Notes under the pieces: model-generated | What the model was told of the DNA's origin: nothing | The model's input: the letters and a program-made list of their open reading frames with translations, nothing else | The model's database searches: none | NCBI GenBank assembly: GCA_038321985.1 | Contig: JBBQFN010000010.1 | Span: forward strand, 1 to 64,000 | From: Cyanophyceae cyanobacterium | GTDB lineage: Bacteria; Cyanobacteriota; Cyanobacteriia; Cyanobacteriales; Laspinemataceae | Reading direction: 5' to 3' | DNA: 64,000 nt | Shown: positions 20,401-30,620 of the stretch, one piece after another | How the letters are laid out: each line of letters begins with the position of its first letter | Numbering within the stretch: the stretch's first letter is position 1 | Made by a program: the position numbers and the translations under genes

Positions 20401-22675
20401 GGAAGGAGTAGAGAATAGCGGTGTTCATTTCCAAAGCCACGCGATCGCGCCACAAGGTTTGTTCAGAACTGGTATCTAATTTCAGGATTTGGGCAATCTC
20501 CTCCATTTTGTTGTAGCGGGACTCATCAAGGAAATCCCTCATGATTTCAGTATCCATATACCAGCCGTTGAAGGGCATACAGCCATAGTTAACACCGCCA
20601 ATGTGAACGGAGAAGTTACTAATAGCAGGGATGGCATACCAACGCATTCCCATGCCTTTGAACTCCGGAACGGTGGGATGTTCAATTTCCACTTCTAGCA
20701 CTTCTTCCCGTTCCCAGTGATACATTTTTGGGGCTTGGCCGGGAACTTCTATAACGAGAGGTAAAATGTCATAAGCGGTGCGGGGTTCTGATGGTTGCCA
20801 GCCAAATTTGATAATGGCGTTGGTTAGATCCAGATTTGCTGGGTCGCCCAAAATGCTGCCATCGGGCTGCTGATAGGCTGCATAACGATAGAGTTGGGAA
20901 TTCCAGAAGCGTAGACCCCACCTTTCCTTAGGCTGTTTGGGACGAAATACTGTCATCGTGATCTGCAAATTGCCACCATTGGTCGCAAATTGGACGTGCT
21001 CCTGGCACTCCCGGAACATTTCATCCGGGTCAGTGACGTGACGGCGATCGCGCACTACCATATTATTCCAGGCAATTCGTCCTACACATTTTGAGGCGTT
21101 GCGCCACGCGACCTGAGTACCATAGGCCAGTTCCTCATAATTGTGGGTATAGGTGCCGGTGGCTTTGACTTCTTCCTGAATTTCTTTCCAACGTCTTTCC
21201 TTGTCTTCTGCTTCCCATCTCTGTTCAGATGCAATTAAATTTAGGAACTGCTTGGCTTTTTTTAACAGCCGTTCTTGATTGACCATTGGCATCTTCACCA
21301 CGTTCACCACGCGATCGAGCAATATCTGCCACCCCTGCCGTAGTTCGGGGGTAAAGTTAGGCAAGTATCGCTCAAACAAGATAAACATGGTCTCGGCAAT
21401 CGCCGGGTAGGCACAGGTAGGAACGTCTGCAAAGCTGTGGACTTGCCCCAAAAATCGCAGTTCCTGCAACATTTCATCACTGCTACCCGTCTTCAGACAG
21501 CGCACCAAAAATTCTAAGGCTTGGAATAAATGCAGCGATAGATAATCCATATCGGTGCGTCCAAAAATCGGCAATACAAATGGATATTTCTCAAATAAAA
21601 TTTGATAAAATTCCATACCCATTTGCTGTTTGCTCTGGCTAAATACCTCCCAGCAATCTGCCATTTCTTTGAGTATTTCCGGTGGTAATGCAGCTTCATA
21701 TTGCTCGATCGCCTCTACCATTGGCAAAATTATAGAGGTAGTGAAGAACTTGTAGAGGGCAGAGTTCTCACCTTTGCTCAAATCTTCGCGATCATATTCT
21801 TCTAAATAACCACTTGAGGGTAGCATCCACATCCACACCTGTCGCGCCTTTAACCAATGTTGAGGACGCATTCCCGTATCAGCAAAGAAACTTCCATATT
21901 CTGCTACTGTTTTAAATCCATGTTCCTGTTCGGGTGGTACCCCTGTTAAGGGTTCTGCAAGGATGATTTGAGTTTCGGGTTGCAGTTGATGAATGGCACA
22001 GTCGAACAACTCATAAAAAAAGTCGCTCATACTGTCAATGGCTTCACCAAATAAATACTCTAATTCTGGTTCTTCTAACAGCAAACGCTTGAAAAATTTC
22101 TCCATTTGCAGTTCTTTCCAAGCCCGCAATTTGTTCCACACATCTTTGATAATGACTTCTTCTGGCGGTGTGAGTAGTGTGGGTTGAGGCCGTTCAAATT
22201 CTACTTGTGGGGCGGTACCTTGAGTCTGCCGACGAGAACTATTTTGCTTGCTAAATACTGCAATCGTGTTGCTAATGGTTTCACTGCTGCTTTGGCTCAG
22301 ACGTGCTTTCAGTTTTAACTCGGGGGCTTGTTCCCAGGTGGTGATGGGAAATTCCAAATCAGCATTGCGTTCACCTTTGAGACAATCTTCTGTAGTAAAG
22401 GTAATAGTTCCTGCATCTTGCCAGGGATGAGTAATGTCTCCTTCTCGATAGCAAAGGGTAATAGCGATCGTGCAGTCTCCCTGATTCTTTAAGTCTACTA
22501 GCCAGGTTGGCTGCATTCGGGCAAACAGATCCTTTTGTAGTAAAGTCTCTTCCTCATGAGAGATTACCTGTACTCGGCACTTGTACCTATAGCCATTGCT
22601 AACCGGAAAGTCAGTAGCAGAAATTTCAGTTAGACGAATAATGCTCTGGTTATTAAGGGTTTCAAGCTCTTGCAT
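17498..22675 (-). CDS. nos: Full-length nitric oxide synthase (N-terminal beta domain, two globin-like domains, NOS oxygenase, flavodoxin, FAD/NADPH reductase) fused to an LCIB/theta-type carbonic anhydrase domain
   Basis: [12 protein letters not shown] (heme Cys530), [70 protein letters not shown]. Globin: [10 protein letters not shown]...LGQVH. C-terminal domain: CRDE...PHI...HACGAL. Confidence 0.95.
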   Translation of the reverse strand: MQELETLNNQSIIRLTEISATDFPVSNGYRYKCRVQVISHEEETLLQKDLFARMQPTWLVDLKNQGDCTIAITLCYREGDITHPWQDAGTITFTTEDCLKGERNADLEFPITTWEQAPELKLKARLSQSSSETISNTIAVFSKQNSSRRQTQGTAPQVEFERPQPTLLTPPEEVIIKDVWNKLRAWKELQMEKFFKRLLLEEPELEYLFGEAIDSMSDFFYELFDCAIHQLQPETQIILAEPLTGVPPEQEHGFKTVAEYGSFFADTGMRPQHWLKARQVWMWMLPSSGYLEEYDREDLSKGENSALYKFFTTSIILPMVEAIEQYEAALPPEILKEMADCWEVFSQSKQQMGMEFYQILFEKYPFVLPIFGRTDMDYLSLHLFQALEFLVRCLKTGSSDEMLQELRFLGQVHSFADVPTCAYPAIAETMFILFERYLPNFTPELRQGWQILLDRVVNVVKMPMVNQERLLKKAKQFLNLIASEQRWEAEDKERRWKEIQEEVKATGTYTHNYEELAYGTQVAWRNASKCVGRIAWNNMVVRDRRHVTDPDEMFRECQEHVQFATNGGNLQITMTVFRPKQPKERWGLRFWNSQLYRYAAYQQPDGSILGDPANLDLTNAIIKFGWQPSEPRTAYDILPLVIEVPGQAPKMYHWEREEVLEVEIEHPTVPEFKGMGMRWYAIPAISNFSVHIGGVNYGCMPFNGWYMDTEIMRDFLDESRYNKMEEIAQILKLDTSSEQTLWRDRVALEMNTAILYSFQKAKVTMVDHQTASRQFMTHDLREKKAGRECPAEWAWVVPAIGGSVCPVWHHAMRDFYLEPAYHNAADRWAVEDGLDLEKLTVVADEDGNKQDRILILYASETGTAEGFARKAARQLNRYRPQVMALDEYNTNNLASEKLLLVVTSTFGNGEMPSNGKRFLQWLQQQPKGSLQGLNYSVLGIGSTVYEQFCAAAISVDKALAKGGANRILPIHKGDEIKGQAETFKQWLGLVSRVIGEDTTSGSTATSTAKLTVTFLEEATLPPSARERGISVPVVANQELLQEVIAGSRSTRFIAFDLGETDLQYETGDHVAVHPCNPPELVQRLCDLLNLNPNAYFTAQYVTSSGESLEDQPPIVVPNTVHQVFSEYLDLALREPFTDLLVYLYSTVENPQEKYRLESWLEILHQGDENPDSIALKKNLTDNFISVVDLFEEFSSAPIELGVLLELLPKQKPRLYSISSCPLLHPRQIQITVGVLQITTDAGKVRQGLCSNYLAGLQPGSSVRIGVLTSAFRPPADSQAPMLMVGPGTGVSPLIAFLQHREALQNQGVPLGEASLYFGCRNHSDFIYQEELQTWQNQGVLTELNVAFSRLGEQKQYLQNLMEQQPEKLWQILSHPQCHYYVCGDAKMADDVLGMMMNIAKKQGKLTHTEMVQFFDRMKQEKRFFTDVWGVTLNFQQAIQQVQKNNYSKAELWLHRIKDSVDAYNPESNPIFYEALQKHFPGALPMPVYMQITYETLGDYGFEHKNTMGMTTICRDEITEPFSTEVVSTWGNSFNCSSLAGFVMMGKTAIAAATDHVPIVDDKRRFVFYAMPHIAISKDGEVGKVYRYGIQKISHACGALEAIAKELLSGKLKLEMDMQDVEQTIIRQKILSNIHYGDKPNLIDITKLGAQIISKDIQNLFTVVDPSIFEYAVMTGIQIHGPMDTNWIYPLEFYVVGKNISGGKEEITVFKKLEKQEDEMILSSAS

Positions 22676-22832
22676 CTTTAATAATCTTTATCTATAGAGT
22701 TAGAACAGGCGTAAGGAGACTCGGCTAGTTGCAAATGAGACACAATATACTTGATTTTAATCTATCCCGTTACCTCTATTTGCCAGAGGGGGATTAATTT
22801 TGGTTTCGCTCTCATTCAGCGGAGGAAACAAC

Positions 22833-23108
22833 ATTAGACGAATCGATGCAATGGCAAGATCTGCGGGAATTCATCTCATTATTGCCCCCTAAGCCCCTGA
22901 AGCTAAGGTGGTTACACCGATTATTCACTCAAATTTGCCAGGAATAGTTGCCCTGAGAACTGCTAGTGAAGCTGACTCCAGCATGATTTTAGGCGGGCAA
23001 GAAACATCTGCTGCTTATCTCCTCGGCAAAAGAGATTTACTCTACCCAGTAGGGCCCCAGTTCTATGGATTGCAAAGCCTATTTGCTTCAACGATTAACT
23101 TATTCTAA
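22833..23108 (+). pseudogene. 3' remnant of an FtsK/SpoIIIE ATPase gene
   Basis: Frame reads IRRIDAMARSAGIHLIIAP*APEAKVVTPIIHSNLPG.VALRTASEADS.MILGG...AAYLLGKRDLL. In-frame TAA at 22890-22892 where ATQRP is expected; Walker A/B part is missing. Confidence 0.85.
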
Positions 23109-23170
23109 TTGGGATGGACGGGGATATTCCCCCGGAAAACACCCTCCAACCTCAATTCCCTGAACGCCTT

Positions 23171-23611
23171 TCAACTGAGCGAGGGGTTGCGCGTGCCTGA
23201 AAAACTCTCTTTTAACTTGGCGATCGCACCTTGGATAAAATTCGGCGGCTTGGAGGGAGGACGGACTGCCAACTCGATGGGGTCTTCTGCATATTCCTTA
23301 CCTTTTAAGCGATACCCATACTCCAAATTCTGTTGATTTTTTCGCAGAATCGGAAACAAGCGAAATCCGCCTTCTCGCAACTCTTCCTCTGTGTCAAAAA
23401 TCGCTTGATTAATCTGACTGGTTCGATTCACCATCAACGACCCCACAGGAAACCAGTTCTTTTTGTCTTGTATCCGCATAAAAATATGAAATTCGGGCAT
23501 TTCCCCTTCTTTCATTTTCTCATACTTCTGTGCTGCCGCCTCCCGCTTTGTTGTGCCTTTGCCGGGTTTTTTGCGGGGTTGCACTTTCCCAAATCCCTGT
23601 TGTGTCGTCAC
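23171..23611 (-). CDS. HHL1-like conserved cyanobacterial protein
   Basis: GFGK start, PEF.IF.R...WFPVGSL, RLFP.L.KN...LEYGYRLK pattern. Confidence 0.7.
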   Translation of the reverse strand: MTTQQGFGKVQPRKKPGKGTTKREAAAQKYEKMKEGEMPEFHIFMRIQDKKNWFPVGSLMVNRTSQINQAIFDTEEELREGGFRLFPILRKNQQNLEYGYRLKGKEYAEDPIELAVRPPSKPPNFIQGAIAKLKESFSGTRNPSLS

Positions 23612-23878
23612 TTTGCCTTCCTTCTGGGTGGTTTTTACAAAAGTTTACAGTATTTCTCAGGATTCTGCAATCCCTTTTCAGGATTTTAAATGGCTTTGTT
23701 CACAGGGAGCCCACTCTGGCCCAGGGTAGGGTCCCTCTGAGTTGCTCATAGCGGTTATCCGGAATTCGGTTATCAAAGGTCATTAAAACCCGCACCTTGA
23801 AGGGTGGAGGCTCACAAAACCAAGCCCGCCTGGGTGAGCTAAAAGCGAAAACTTACTTTTAATCAACTGGATTTGGTC

Positions 23879-24835
23879 TTACTCATCCTCCGGTTTAATG
23901 ACCCTTAACTGTAAGGTTTCCGAAGTTTCAACAGACATGGGGAGGCGATCGCTAACGGATACTAATTGAGTCTGCATTTCCTTCGTCAGCGTCACCACAA
24001 AATCAAAATCAATCTGTTCGTTTTGCACCAGTTTCGCTAATTCTGAAAAAGGCGTTTTATAAGTCGATCGCGCATAACTTGACAATTTTACCCCAGGAGC
24101 TTGCTGAATATGTTGAACCTGCATCGCTGATTTAAGGCGATTTTCTACATCACTCAGTTCCGACTCCAATAACGCTACTTCCTGCTTTAATCGTGTATAT
24201 TCTGCTGCCAGGATCGTTACGTTATCAGATGCTGGGTCCCGTTGACTGCTGCGATCGATGTCCAACAGGCGCAGATGCACATACGCTAAATAAATCGGGT
24301 CAAGGGTGGCATATCGAATTTGAGCCTCACTTAGTTCTCGCCTCCCCCAATCACTCTGTTGCGCGGAACTGTCAGGAAACGGTAACCCGCACAGCTCATA
24401 AGCTAAGGTTTTGAGCTTTAGGTTTGAAGTTTGTAACATAAAAAGCGGCAATTTCTTTGCAAAAAGTAACGTACAAGTTACATTTTCTGCTTGTTTCTTT
24501 CCTAAAAATCGCAAATCATAACTCGCATTATGAAACACTTTTTCAATATCAGGATTTGCCATGATATGATCGACAAAGTATTCGGTTAATTCCGGCTGGT
24601 CCAGAACGTCCAACAAATAAACCTGACTGTTCAAGGTTTCAATACTTTTAGGTAAATCCTTAAAGCAGTAATCCCCGCGATCGCCCTTGGGTTCGGGCAG
24701 AATCTGAATCAGAGAAAGTCTGGGTTTTTTTGTCTTATAATCCGCCACTTCCGTGTCCACCCAGAGGCGTTTGGCCTGGGTACAGGCAGCGATCGCATTT
24801 TTAATATCAGTCGGATTCGTTAAATACGGCATCAT
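23879..24835 (-). CDS. RNase D-like DEDDy 3'-5' exonuclease with C-terminal coiled coil
   Basis: ExoI WVDTE, ExoII FHNASYDLRFL, ExoIII SDWGRRELSEAQIRYATLD; no HRDC domain seen. Confidence 0.85.
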   Translation of the reverse strand: MMPYLTNPTDIKNAIAACTQAKRLWVDTEVADYKTKKPRLSLIQILPEPKGDRGDYCFKDLPKSIETLNSQVYLLDVLDQPELTEYFVDHIMANPDIEKVFHNASYDLRFLGKKQAENVTCTLLFAKKLPLFMLQTSNLKLKTLAYELCGLPFPDSSAQQSDWGRRELSEAQIRYATLDPIYLAYVHLRLLDIDRSSQRDPASDNVTILAAEYTRLKQEVALLESELSDVENRLKSAMQVQHIQQAPGVKLSSYARSTYKTPFSELAKLVQNEQIDFDFVVTLTKEMQTQLVSVSDRLPMSVETSETLQLRVIKPEDE

Positions 24836-25003
24836 CTCTACTCTCGGTGATTATTCTCTATCCCGGTGAAATTCCTAGGGTAACGGGAATTTAACACAGA
24901 GTGAAGGGCAATCTTTACAAGAAATCCTGACTCGGCGGATCTAAGCTATCTTTAAAAGAGTCGCCAATCTTAAAATCCTGCACAATAGACGGCAAGCTCA
25001 AGT

Positions 25004-25963
25004 ATGAAAAAAGCGTTAATTTGTGGAATCTCGGGTCAAGATGGAGCCTATCTAGCTCAATTACTCCTAGTTCAAGGTTATACGGTTTGTGGCACCTCCC
25101 GAGATGCTCAAATGTCTTCCTTTCGGAATCTGGCACGCTTAGGCATTCGGGAACAAGTCAAATTAGAATCCATGTCCCTCACTGACTTTCGCAGTGTGTT
25201 ACAAATCCTTACCAAAATAGAACCCGATGAGGTGTACAATTTAGCCGGACAAAGTTCCGTTGGGCTATCCTTCGAGCAACCGGTGGAAACCCTAGAAAGC
25301 ATTGCAACCGGCACTCTCAACTTGCTAGAAGCAATTCGGTTTACCGGAAAGAGTATTAAATTTTATAACGCTGGGTCCAGCGAATGTTTTGGGGATACGG
25401 GCGATCGCGCTGCCGATGAAACCACTCCCTTTCGTCCCCGCAGTCCCTACGCCGTCGCTAAAGCTACCGCCTTTTGGGAAGTCGCTAATTACCGGGACGC
25501 TTACGGATTATTTGCCTGTTCCGGAATATTGTATAACCACGAGTCCCCCCTGAGACCCGAACGTTTTGTCACTCAAAAAATTATTGCCGCTGCCTGCCGG
25601 ATTGCGGACGGAAGTCCAGAAAAAGTGAATCTCGGGAATATTTCAGTACAACGGGACTGGGGTTACGCGCCGGAATATGTAGAGGCGATGTATTTGATGT
25701 TACAGCAGCCAGAACCGGATGATTATGTGATTGCCACGGGGGAAACCCATCGATTAGAGGATTTTGTGGCAACTGCATTTTCCAGTGTGGGACTGGATTG
25801 GCAGGAGTGGGTAAATATTGACACCAGTTTATACCGCCCCACAGATATTGCCGTGGGTCGAGGCAACCCCGGGAAGGCAAAAGCGAAGCTGGGATGGGAG
25901 GCAACCTCAAAAATGCCCGAGGTGGTTAGACGGATGGTGGAGGCAAAACGCCAAGGGATGTAA
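25004..25963 (+). CDS. gmd: GDP-mannose 4,6-dehydratase
   Basis: GISGQDGAYL, YNLAGQS, PRSPYAVAK, NHESPLR.E.FVT.KI, RDWGYA. Confidence 0.92.
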   Translation: MKKALICGISGQDGAYLAQLLLVQGYTVCGTSRDAQMSSFRNLARLGIREQVKLESMSLTDFRSVLQILTKIEPDEVYNLAGQSSVGLSFEQPVETLESIATGTLNLLEAIRFTGKSIKFYNAGSSECFGDTGDRAADETTPFRPRSPYAVAKATAFWEVANYRDAYGLFACSGILYNHESPLRPERFVTQKIIAAACRIADGSPEKVNLGNISVQRDWGYAPEYVEAMYLMLQQPEPDDYVIATGETHRLEDFVATAFSSVGLDWQEWVNIDTSLYRPTDIAVGRGNPGKAKAKLGWEATSKMPEVVRRMVEAKRQGM

Positions 25964-26243
25964 AGAATCTCAGGAGGCGATCGCCCCTAAACAATCCTTG
26001 GGGTGGTGCACGGGTTCTCCCAGGACTGCCCCACGAAGTCACTTTGTTACTCAAACTGTCAGTTTTTTGTAACAGATTGATACCAAAAGTGCGACTTTTC
26101 CTTCCCCGGAGATTTAAGACAAAAATTGATGTGAAATTTAACATTTCAGTCCCAGAAAATTTGAGAAAATAACAATGCCACCAATCTAGCCTTAAGGCAT
26201 TTTTGTCTAGGCAAAAATCATTATGTAAATTGGAGATGAGACT

Positions 26244-27611
26244 GTGGCTATTGCCAGTATCAACCCAGTAACGGGAGAAACGATACAAACCTTTACCGCC
26301 CTAACCGATGCCGAAGTCCGGGCTAAACTGGAAAAATCGCAACAGGCATTTGAAAAATATCGGCGAATTCCCCTATCCCAAAGGGCAGTATGGATGAATG
26401 CCGTAGCGGATATTTTGGAAAAAAATAAACAGCACTACGGCCAAATCATGACCCTGGAAATGGGCAAAACCCTAACCTCGGCGATCGCTGAGGTTGAAAA
26501 AAGTGCTGGGGGTTGTCGGTACTACGCAGAGAATGCCGCCGGATTCCTTGCAGATATTCCCGGACAAAGTGACGCTACCACCAGCTTTGTCCGCTACCAA
26601 CCTCTTGGCCCTATTTTGGCCGTGATGCCCTGGAATTTTCCATTTTGGCAAGTATTTCGGTTTGCGGCACCGGCACTGATGGCGGGGAATGTCGGTCTAC
26701 TTAAACACGCCTCCAATGTGCCGCAATGCGCCCTTGCCATTGAAGACATTTTTACCGAAGCCGGATTTCCCGAGGGGGTATTCCAAACTTTGTTAATAGG
26801 TGCTGACAAAGTAGGCGACGTGATAGCCGACGATCGCGTACAAGCCGCCACTCTAACCGGATCCGAGTTTGCCGGGTCCAGTTTAGCTGAAAAAGCCGGA
26901 AAACATATCAAGAAAACTGTCTTAGAATTAGGAGGAAGTGATCCGTTTATTGTAATGAGAAGCGCGGATCTAGAAGTTGCGGTTGCCACGGCGACTAAAG
27001 CGCGGATGATTAATAATGGACAGTCTTGCATCGCCGCCAAACGCTTCATCGTTGAAGAAGCGATCGCCGATGAATTTGAGCAACGCTTGCTTGAGCATTT
27101 CAAGGCATTACGAGTAGGAGATCCAATGGACCCGGCAACGGATATTGGACCTTTGGCAACCCCAGCTATTCTCAAGGAATTACACCAACAAGTTTTAGCT
27201 TGCATTGAAAGTGGGGCAAAAGCGGCGATCGGTGGCAGTCCTTTAACGGATCGTCCGGGAAACTTCTATCCTCCGACGCTAATCACTGATATTCCCCTAG
27301 GGATAGCGGCAGAACGGGAAGAATTTTTTGGTCCCGTGGCCCTGTTATTTCGAGTGGCAAACATTGACGAAGCGATCGCCCGGGCGAACGATATACCCTT
27401 TGGTTTGGGTGCTTCAGCTTGGACGAACGAAACCCAAGAAGGCGATCGTTTTATCGAAGAACTCGAAGCCGGTGCCGTCTTTATTAATGGCTTGGTTAAA
27501 TCCGACCCGCGCTTGCCCTTTGGGGGCATCAAAAAGTCCGGATACGGACGGGAATTAAGCATTCAAGGCCTTCATGAATTTGTGAACATCAAAACCGTTT
27601 GGGTCAAATAA
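26244..27611 (+). CDS. gabD: NAD(P)-dependent succinate-semialdehyde dehydrogenase
   Basis: MPWNFP, LKHASNVP, LELGGSDP, NGQSCIA, EEFFGP, PFGGIKKSGYGRE. Confidence 0.88.
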   Translation: MAIASINPVTGETIQTFTALTDAEVRAKLEKSQQAFEKYRRIPLSQRAVWMNAVADILEKNKQHYGQIMTLEMGKTLTSAIAEVEKSAGGCRYYAENAAGFLADIPGQSDATTSFVRYQPLGPILAVMPWNFPFWQVFRFAAPALMAGNVGLLKHASNVPQCALAIEDIFTEAGFPEGVFQTLLIGADKVGDVIADDRVQAATLTGSEFAGSSLAEKAGKHIKKTVLELGGSDPFIVMRSADLEVAVATATKARMINNGQSCIAAKRFIVEEAIADEFEQRLLEHFKALRVGDPMDPATDIGPLATPAILKELHQQVLACIESGAKAAIGGSPLTDRPGNFYPPTLITDIPLGIAAEREEFFGPVALLFRVANIDEAIARANDIPFGLGASAWTNETQEGDRFIEELEAGAVFINGLVKSDPRLPFGGIKKSGYGRELSIQGLHEFVNIKTVWVK

Positions 27612-27728
27612 ACTGCAACGGTGAACCCTCCTAGATTGTCCCGGGTTTCTAACCAATCCACCCTCTTTGAAGGTTCGCGATTATCCCACCATCATCACTC
27701 AAGAATTTCTCTAAGGTAACGCAAGATT

Positions 27729-29375
27729 ATGGGTGAACTTAACACCGCCGAACTATTAGTCCGCTGTCTGGAAAATGAAGGCGTGCAATACGTTTTCGGA
27801 CTCCCCGGAGAAGAAAATCTCGCCGTTTTAAAAGCGTTGAGTACCTCATCCATCAAATTTATTACCACCCGTCACGAACAAGGTGCGGCATTTATGGCCG
27901 ATGTTTATGGACGTCTGACAGGTAAAGCCGGAGTCTGCCTCTCTACCTTGGGTCCTGGTGCGACTAATCTAATTACAGGGGTCGCCGATGCCAACTTAGA
28001 TGGTGCTCCCCTCGTCGCGATTACGGGTCAAGTCGGGACTGATCGGATGCATATTGAATCCCATCAATATTTAGACCTAGTGGCAATGTTTGAACCCATT
28101 ACTAAATGGAACGCCCAAATTGTCCGTCCCAGCATCACCCCGGAAATTGTTCGTAAAGCCTTTAAGCGAGCACAAACCGAAAAACCCGGTGCCGTTCATA
28201 TCGATTTACCCGAAAATATTGCCGCCATGCCGGTCATCGGTGAACCCCTCAGAAAAGATAAGCAAGAAAAAAGCTATGCCTCTTATCAAGGGTTAAACGA
28301 AGCCGCTGCCGCAATTTCTCGGGCCATTAATCCCCTAATTTTAGTGGGAAATGGAGCAATTCGCGCTCATGCCGGGTCAGTATTAACCGAATTTGCCACT
28401 CGCCTGCATATTCCCGTTACCAATACCTTTATGGGAAAAGGCGTCATTCCCTATACTCATCCCCTAGCCTTATGGACAACGGGGTTGCAACAGCGCGATT
28501 ATATTACTTGCGCCTTTGAACAAACGGATCTTGTGATTGCCGTTGGCTATGATTTGATTGAATATTCCCCGAAAAAATGGAATCCAGACGGGAAGATTCC
28601 GATCATTCATATTAATGCGACTCCCGCAGAAATTGATAGCAGTTATATCCCAATTGTAGAAGTCGTCGGGGATATTTCTGACTCCTTGATGGAAATTTTG
28701 CATCGCGCCGATCGCCAGAGTAAACCCAGCCCCCATGCTTGTGAACTTCGGTCCGATATTCGCGCCGATTATGAACAGTATGCTACCGATGATGGATTTC
28801 CCATCAAACCCCAAAAACTGATTTATGACTTGCGGCAAGTGATGGGACCCGATGATATTGTCATCTCCGATGTCGGTGCTCATAAAATGTGGATTGCACG
28901 GCATTATCATTGCGATCGGCCTAATACCTGCTTAATTTCTAACGGATTTGCTGCAATGGGAATTGCCATTCCTGGCGCATTAGCCGCTAAATTAGTCTAT
29001 CCCGATCGCAAAATCGTGGCAGTAACCGGCGATGGCGGATTTATGATGAACTGCCAGGAATTAGAAACCGCCCTGCGCGTTGGTACCCCCTTCGTCACCA
29101 TCATCTTTAATGATGGCGGATACGGATTAATTGAGTGGAAACAACAGAACCACTATGGCGAATCTGCCTTCATCAAATTTACCAATCCTGACTTCGTAAA
29201 ATTTGCCGAAAGTATGGGATTAAAAGGCTATCGAATCGAATCCGCAGCGGATTTAATTCCCACCCTAAAAGAAGCCCTCGCCCAGGATGTTCCGGCGGTG
29301 ATTGACTGTCCCATTGACTACAGCGAGAACATCCGCTTTAGTCAAAAAGCAGGCGGATTGAACTGCACCATCTAA
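27729..29375 (+). CDS. ogdA: ThDP-dependent 2-oxoglutarate decarboxylase (acetolactate-synthase-like)
   Basis: FGLPGEEN, TRHEQGAAF, GDGGFMMN ThDP motif. Adjacency to SSADH matches the cyanobacterial 2-OGDC/SSADH pair; no ilvN nearby. Confidence 0.75.
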   Translation: MGELNTAELLVRCLENEGVQYVFGLPGEENLAVLKALSTSSIKFITTRHEQGAAFMADVYGRLTGKAGVCLSTLGPGATNLITGVADANLDGAPLVAITGQVGTDRMHIESHQYLDLVAMFEPITKWNAQIVRPSITPEIVRKAFKRAQTEKPGAVHIDLPENIAAMPVIGEPLRKDKQEKSYASYQGLNEAAAAISRAINPLILVGNGAIRAHAGSVLTEFATRLHIPVTNTFMGKGVIPYTHPLALWTTGLQQRDYITCAFEQTDLVIAVGYDLIEYSPKKWNPDGKIPIIHINATPAEIDSSYIPIVEVVGDISDSLMEILHRADRQSKPSPHACELRSDIRADYEQYATDDGFPIKPQKLIYDLRQVMGPDDIVISDVGAHKMWIARHYHCDRPNTCLISNGFAAMGIAIPGALAAKLVYPDRKIVAVTGDGGFMMNCQELETALRVGTPFVTIIFNDGGYGLIEWKQQNHYGESAFIKFTNPDFVKFAESMGLKGYRIESAADLIPTLKEALAQDVPAVIDCPIDYSENIRFSQKAGGLNCTI

Positions 29376-29449
29376 ATCAGCATGAGTTAGGGGTTAAGGA
29401 ATGAGACAAAACGCGGTACAATTAACCCCTCATCCTTAATTCCTAACCC

Positions 29450-30232
29450 ATGAAAATTGCCACTTGGAACGTTAACTCGATTAGAAGTCGTTTAGAACAG
29501 GTAACCGACTGGTTACAAACCAACCCCGTTGATATATTGTGCTTGCAGGAGACAAAAGTAGTCGATGCAGATTTTCCGCGATCGCCTTTAGAAGCATTAG
29601 GCTATCACCTTTATATCTCCGGCCAAAAATCCTACAACGGGGTTGCTTTATTCAGTAAAACTCCCCTCACCGACGTCAGCATCGGTTTCGCCCCCATCCT
29701 CGGTCCAGAAGTCGCTGAATTAGACGAACAAAAGCGCGTCATTACCGGAGTTTTTGAAGATATTCGCATCCTCAATCTCTACGTCCCCAATGGTTCATCC
29801 GTCGGCAGCGATAAATATAGCTATAAACTAACCTGGCTTAAAACTCTAGAAAACTATCTTAAAACTATACTTGACAAAACCGATAAGTTGTGTATTTGTG
29901 GAGACTTTAATATCGCCTTAGAAGCCCGAGATATTCATAGAAAAACCACACCTAATGATATCATGGCTTCCCCGCCAGAACGGCAAGCCTTAACCAACAT
30001 TTTAGAACTGGGATTAACCGATGCCTTCCGCCTCTTTAATCAAGAAGCGGGACAGTTTAGCTGGTGGGATTATCGCGCCGGTGCCTTAGCCCGAAATCGC
30101 GGCTGGCGCATCGATCATCATTATGTCACCCCGAAGCTGAAAGAACGGGCGATCGCCTGTACAATTGACACCGAACCCAGGAAGTTACCCAAACCCAGTG
30201 ATCATACCCCAGTAATATTAGAGTTAGAGTAA
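29450..30232 (+). CDS. xth: Exodeoxyribonuclease III
   Basis: ATWNVNS, LQETK, YVPNG, GDFN, SWWDYR, GWRIDH, SDH. Confidence 0.95.
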   Translation: MKIATWNVNSIRSRLEQVTDWLQTNPVDILCLQETKVVDADFPRSPLEALGYHLYISGQKSYNGVALFSKTPLTDVSIGFAPILGPEVAELDEQKRVITGVFEDIRILNLYVPNGSSVGSDKYSYKLTWLKTLENYLKTILDKTDKLCICGDFNIALEARDIHRKTTPNDIMASPPERQALTNILELGLTDAFRLFNQEAGQFSWWDYRAGALARNRGWRIDHHYVTPKLKERAIACTIDTEPRKLPKPSDHTPVILELE

Positions 30233-30242
30233 TTTCCGGAGA

Positions 30243-30500
30243 GTAGGGTTGGCAATAATTACCCTACTAGACGGGTTTTAGTTTGTAGTAACGACTTCAG
30301 TCGTTTCTTAAGTCCTCCTACAGAACATGAACTCGAAAACGACTAAAGCTGTCACTACGAACACCGGATAAAATGAATCTGGAAACGACTGAAGTCGTTA
30401 CTACGAACTGGGGATAATATTAACCTGGGAACGACTGAAGTCGTTACTACGAACTCGGGATAATATTAACCTGGGAACGACTGAAGTCGTTACTACAAAC
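30243..30500. repeat. REP-like array: five copies of GTAGTAACGACTTCAGTCGTT, four at a 46-bp period, plus a GTAGGG...CCCTAC hairpin
   Basis: Copies at 30285 (+) and 30338 (degenerate), 30384, 30430, 30476 (-); near-identical 25-bp linkers. Confidence 0.9.
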
Positions 30501-30620
30501 TTGGATCTGTTCTGAATCGGGGTGGGGTTTTTTAGTAATGGGGAGGGTTTTCCGTCCCTCCCTTTCCTGGAGAACGAGCTAAAATTACAGGTAGACTGAT
30601 TCATTTACCCATAAATAAAG

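Noticed and set aside
9477..24835. Prophage or integrative element
   Set aside because: No integrase, transposase, structural genes, tRNA target or att repeats seen; the mobility mechanism is unsupported
26069..26083. NtcA box upstream of gabD
   Set aside because: Spacing is GTA-N9-TAC, not N8
30338..30496. CRISPR array (palindromic repeat plus spacer; also 47419-47503 and 49311-49460)
   Set aside because: Linkers are identical or near-identical, orientation is mixed, repeats are only 21 bp and there are no cas genes; this fits REP-like tandem repeats
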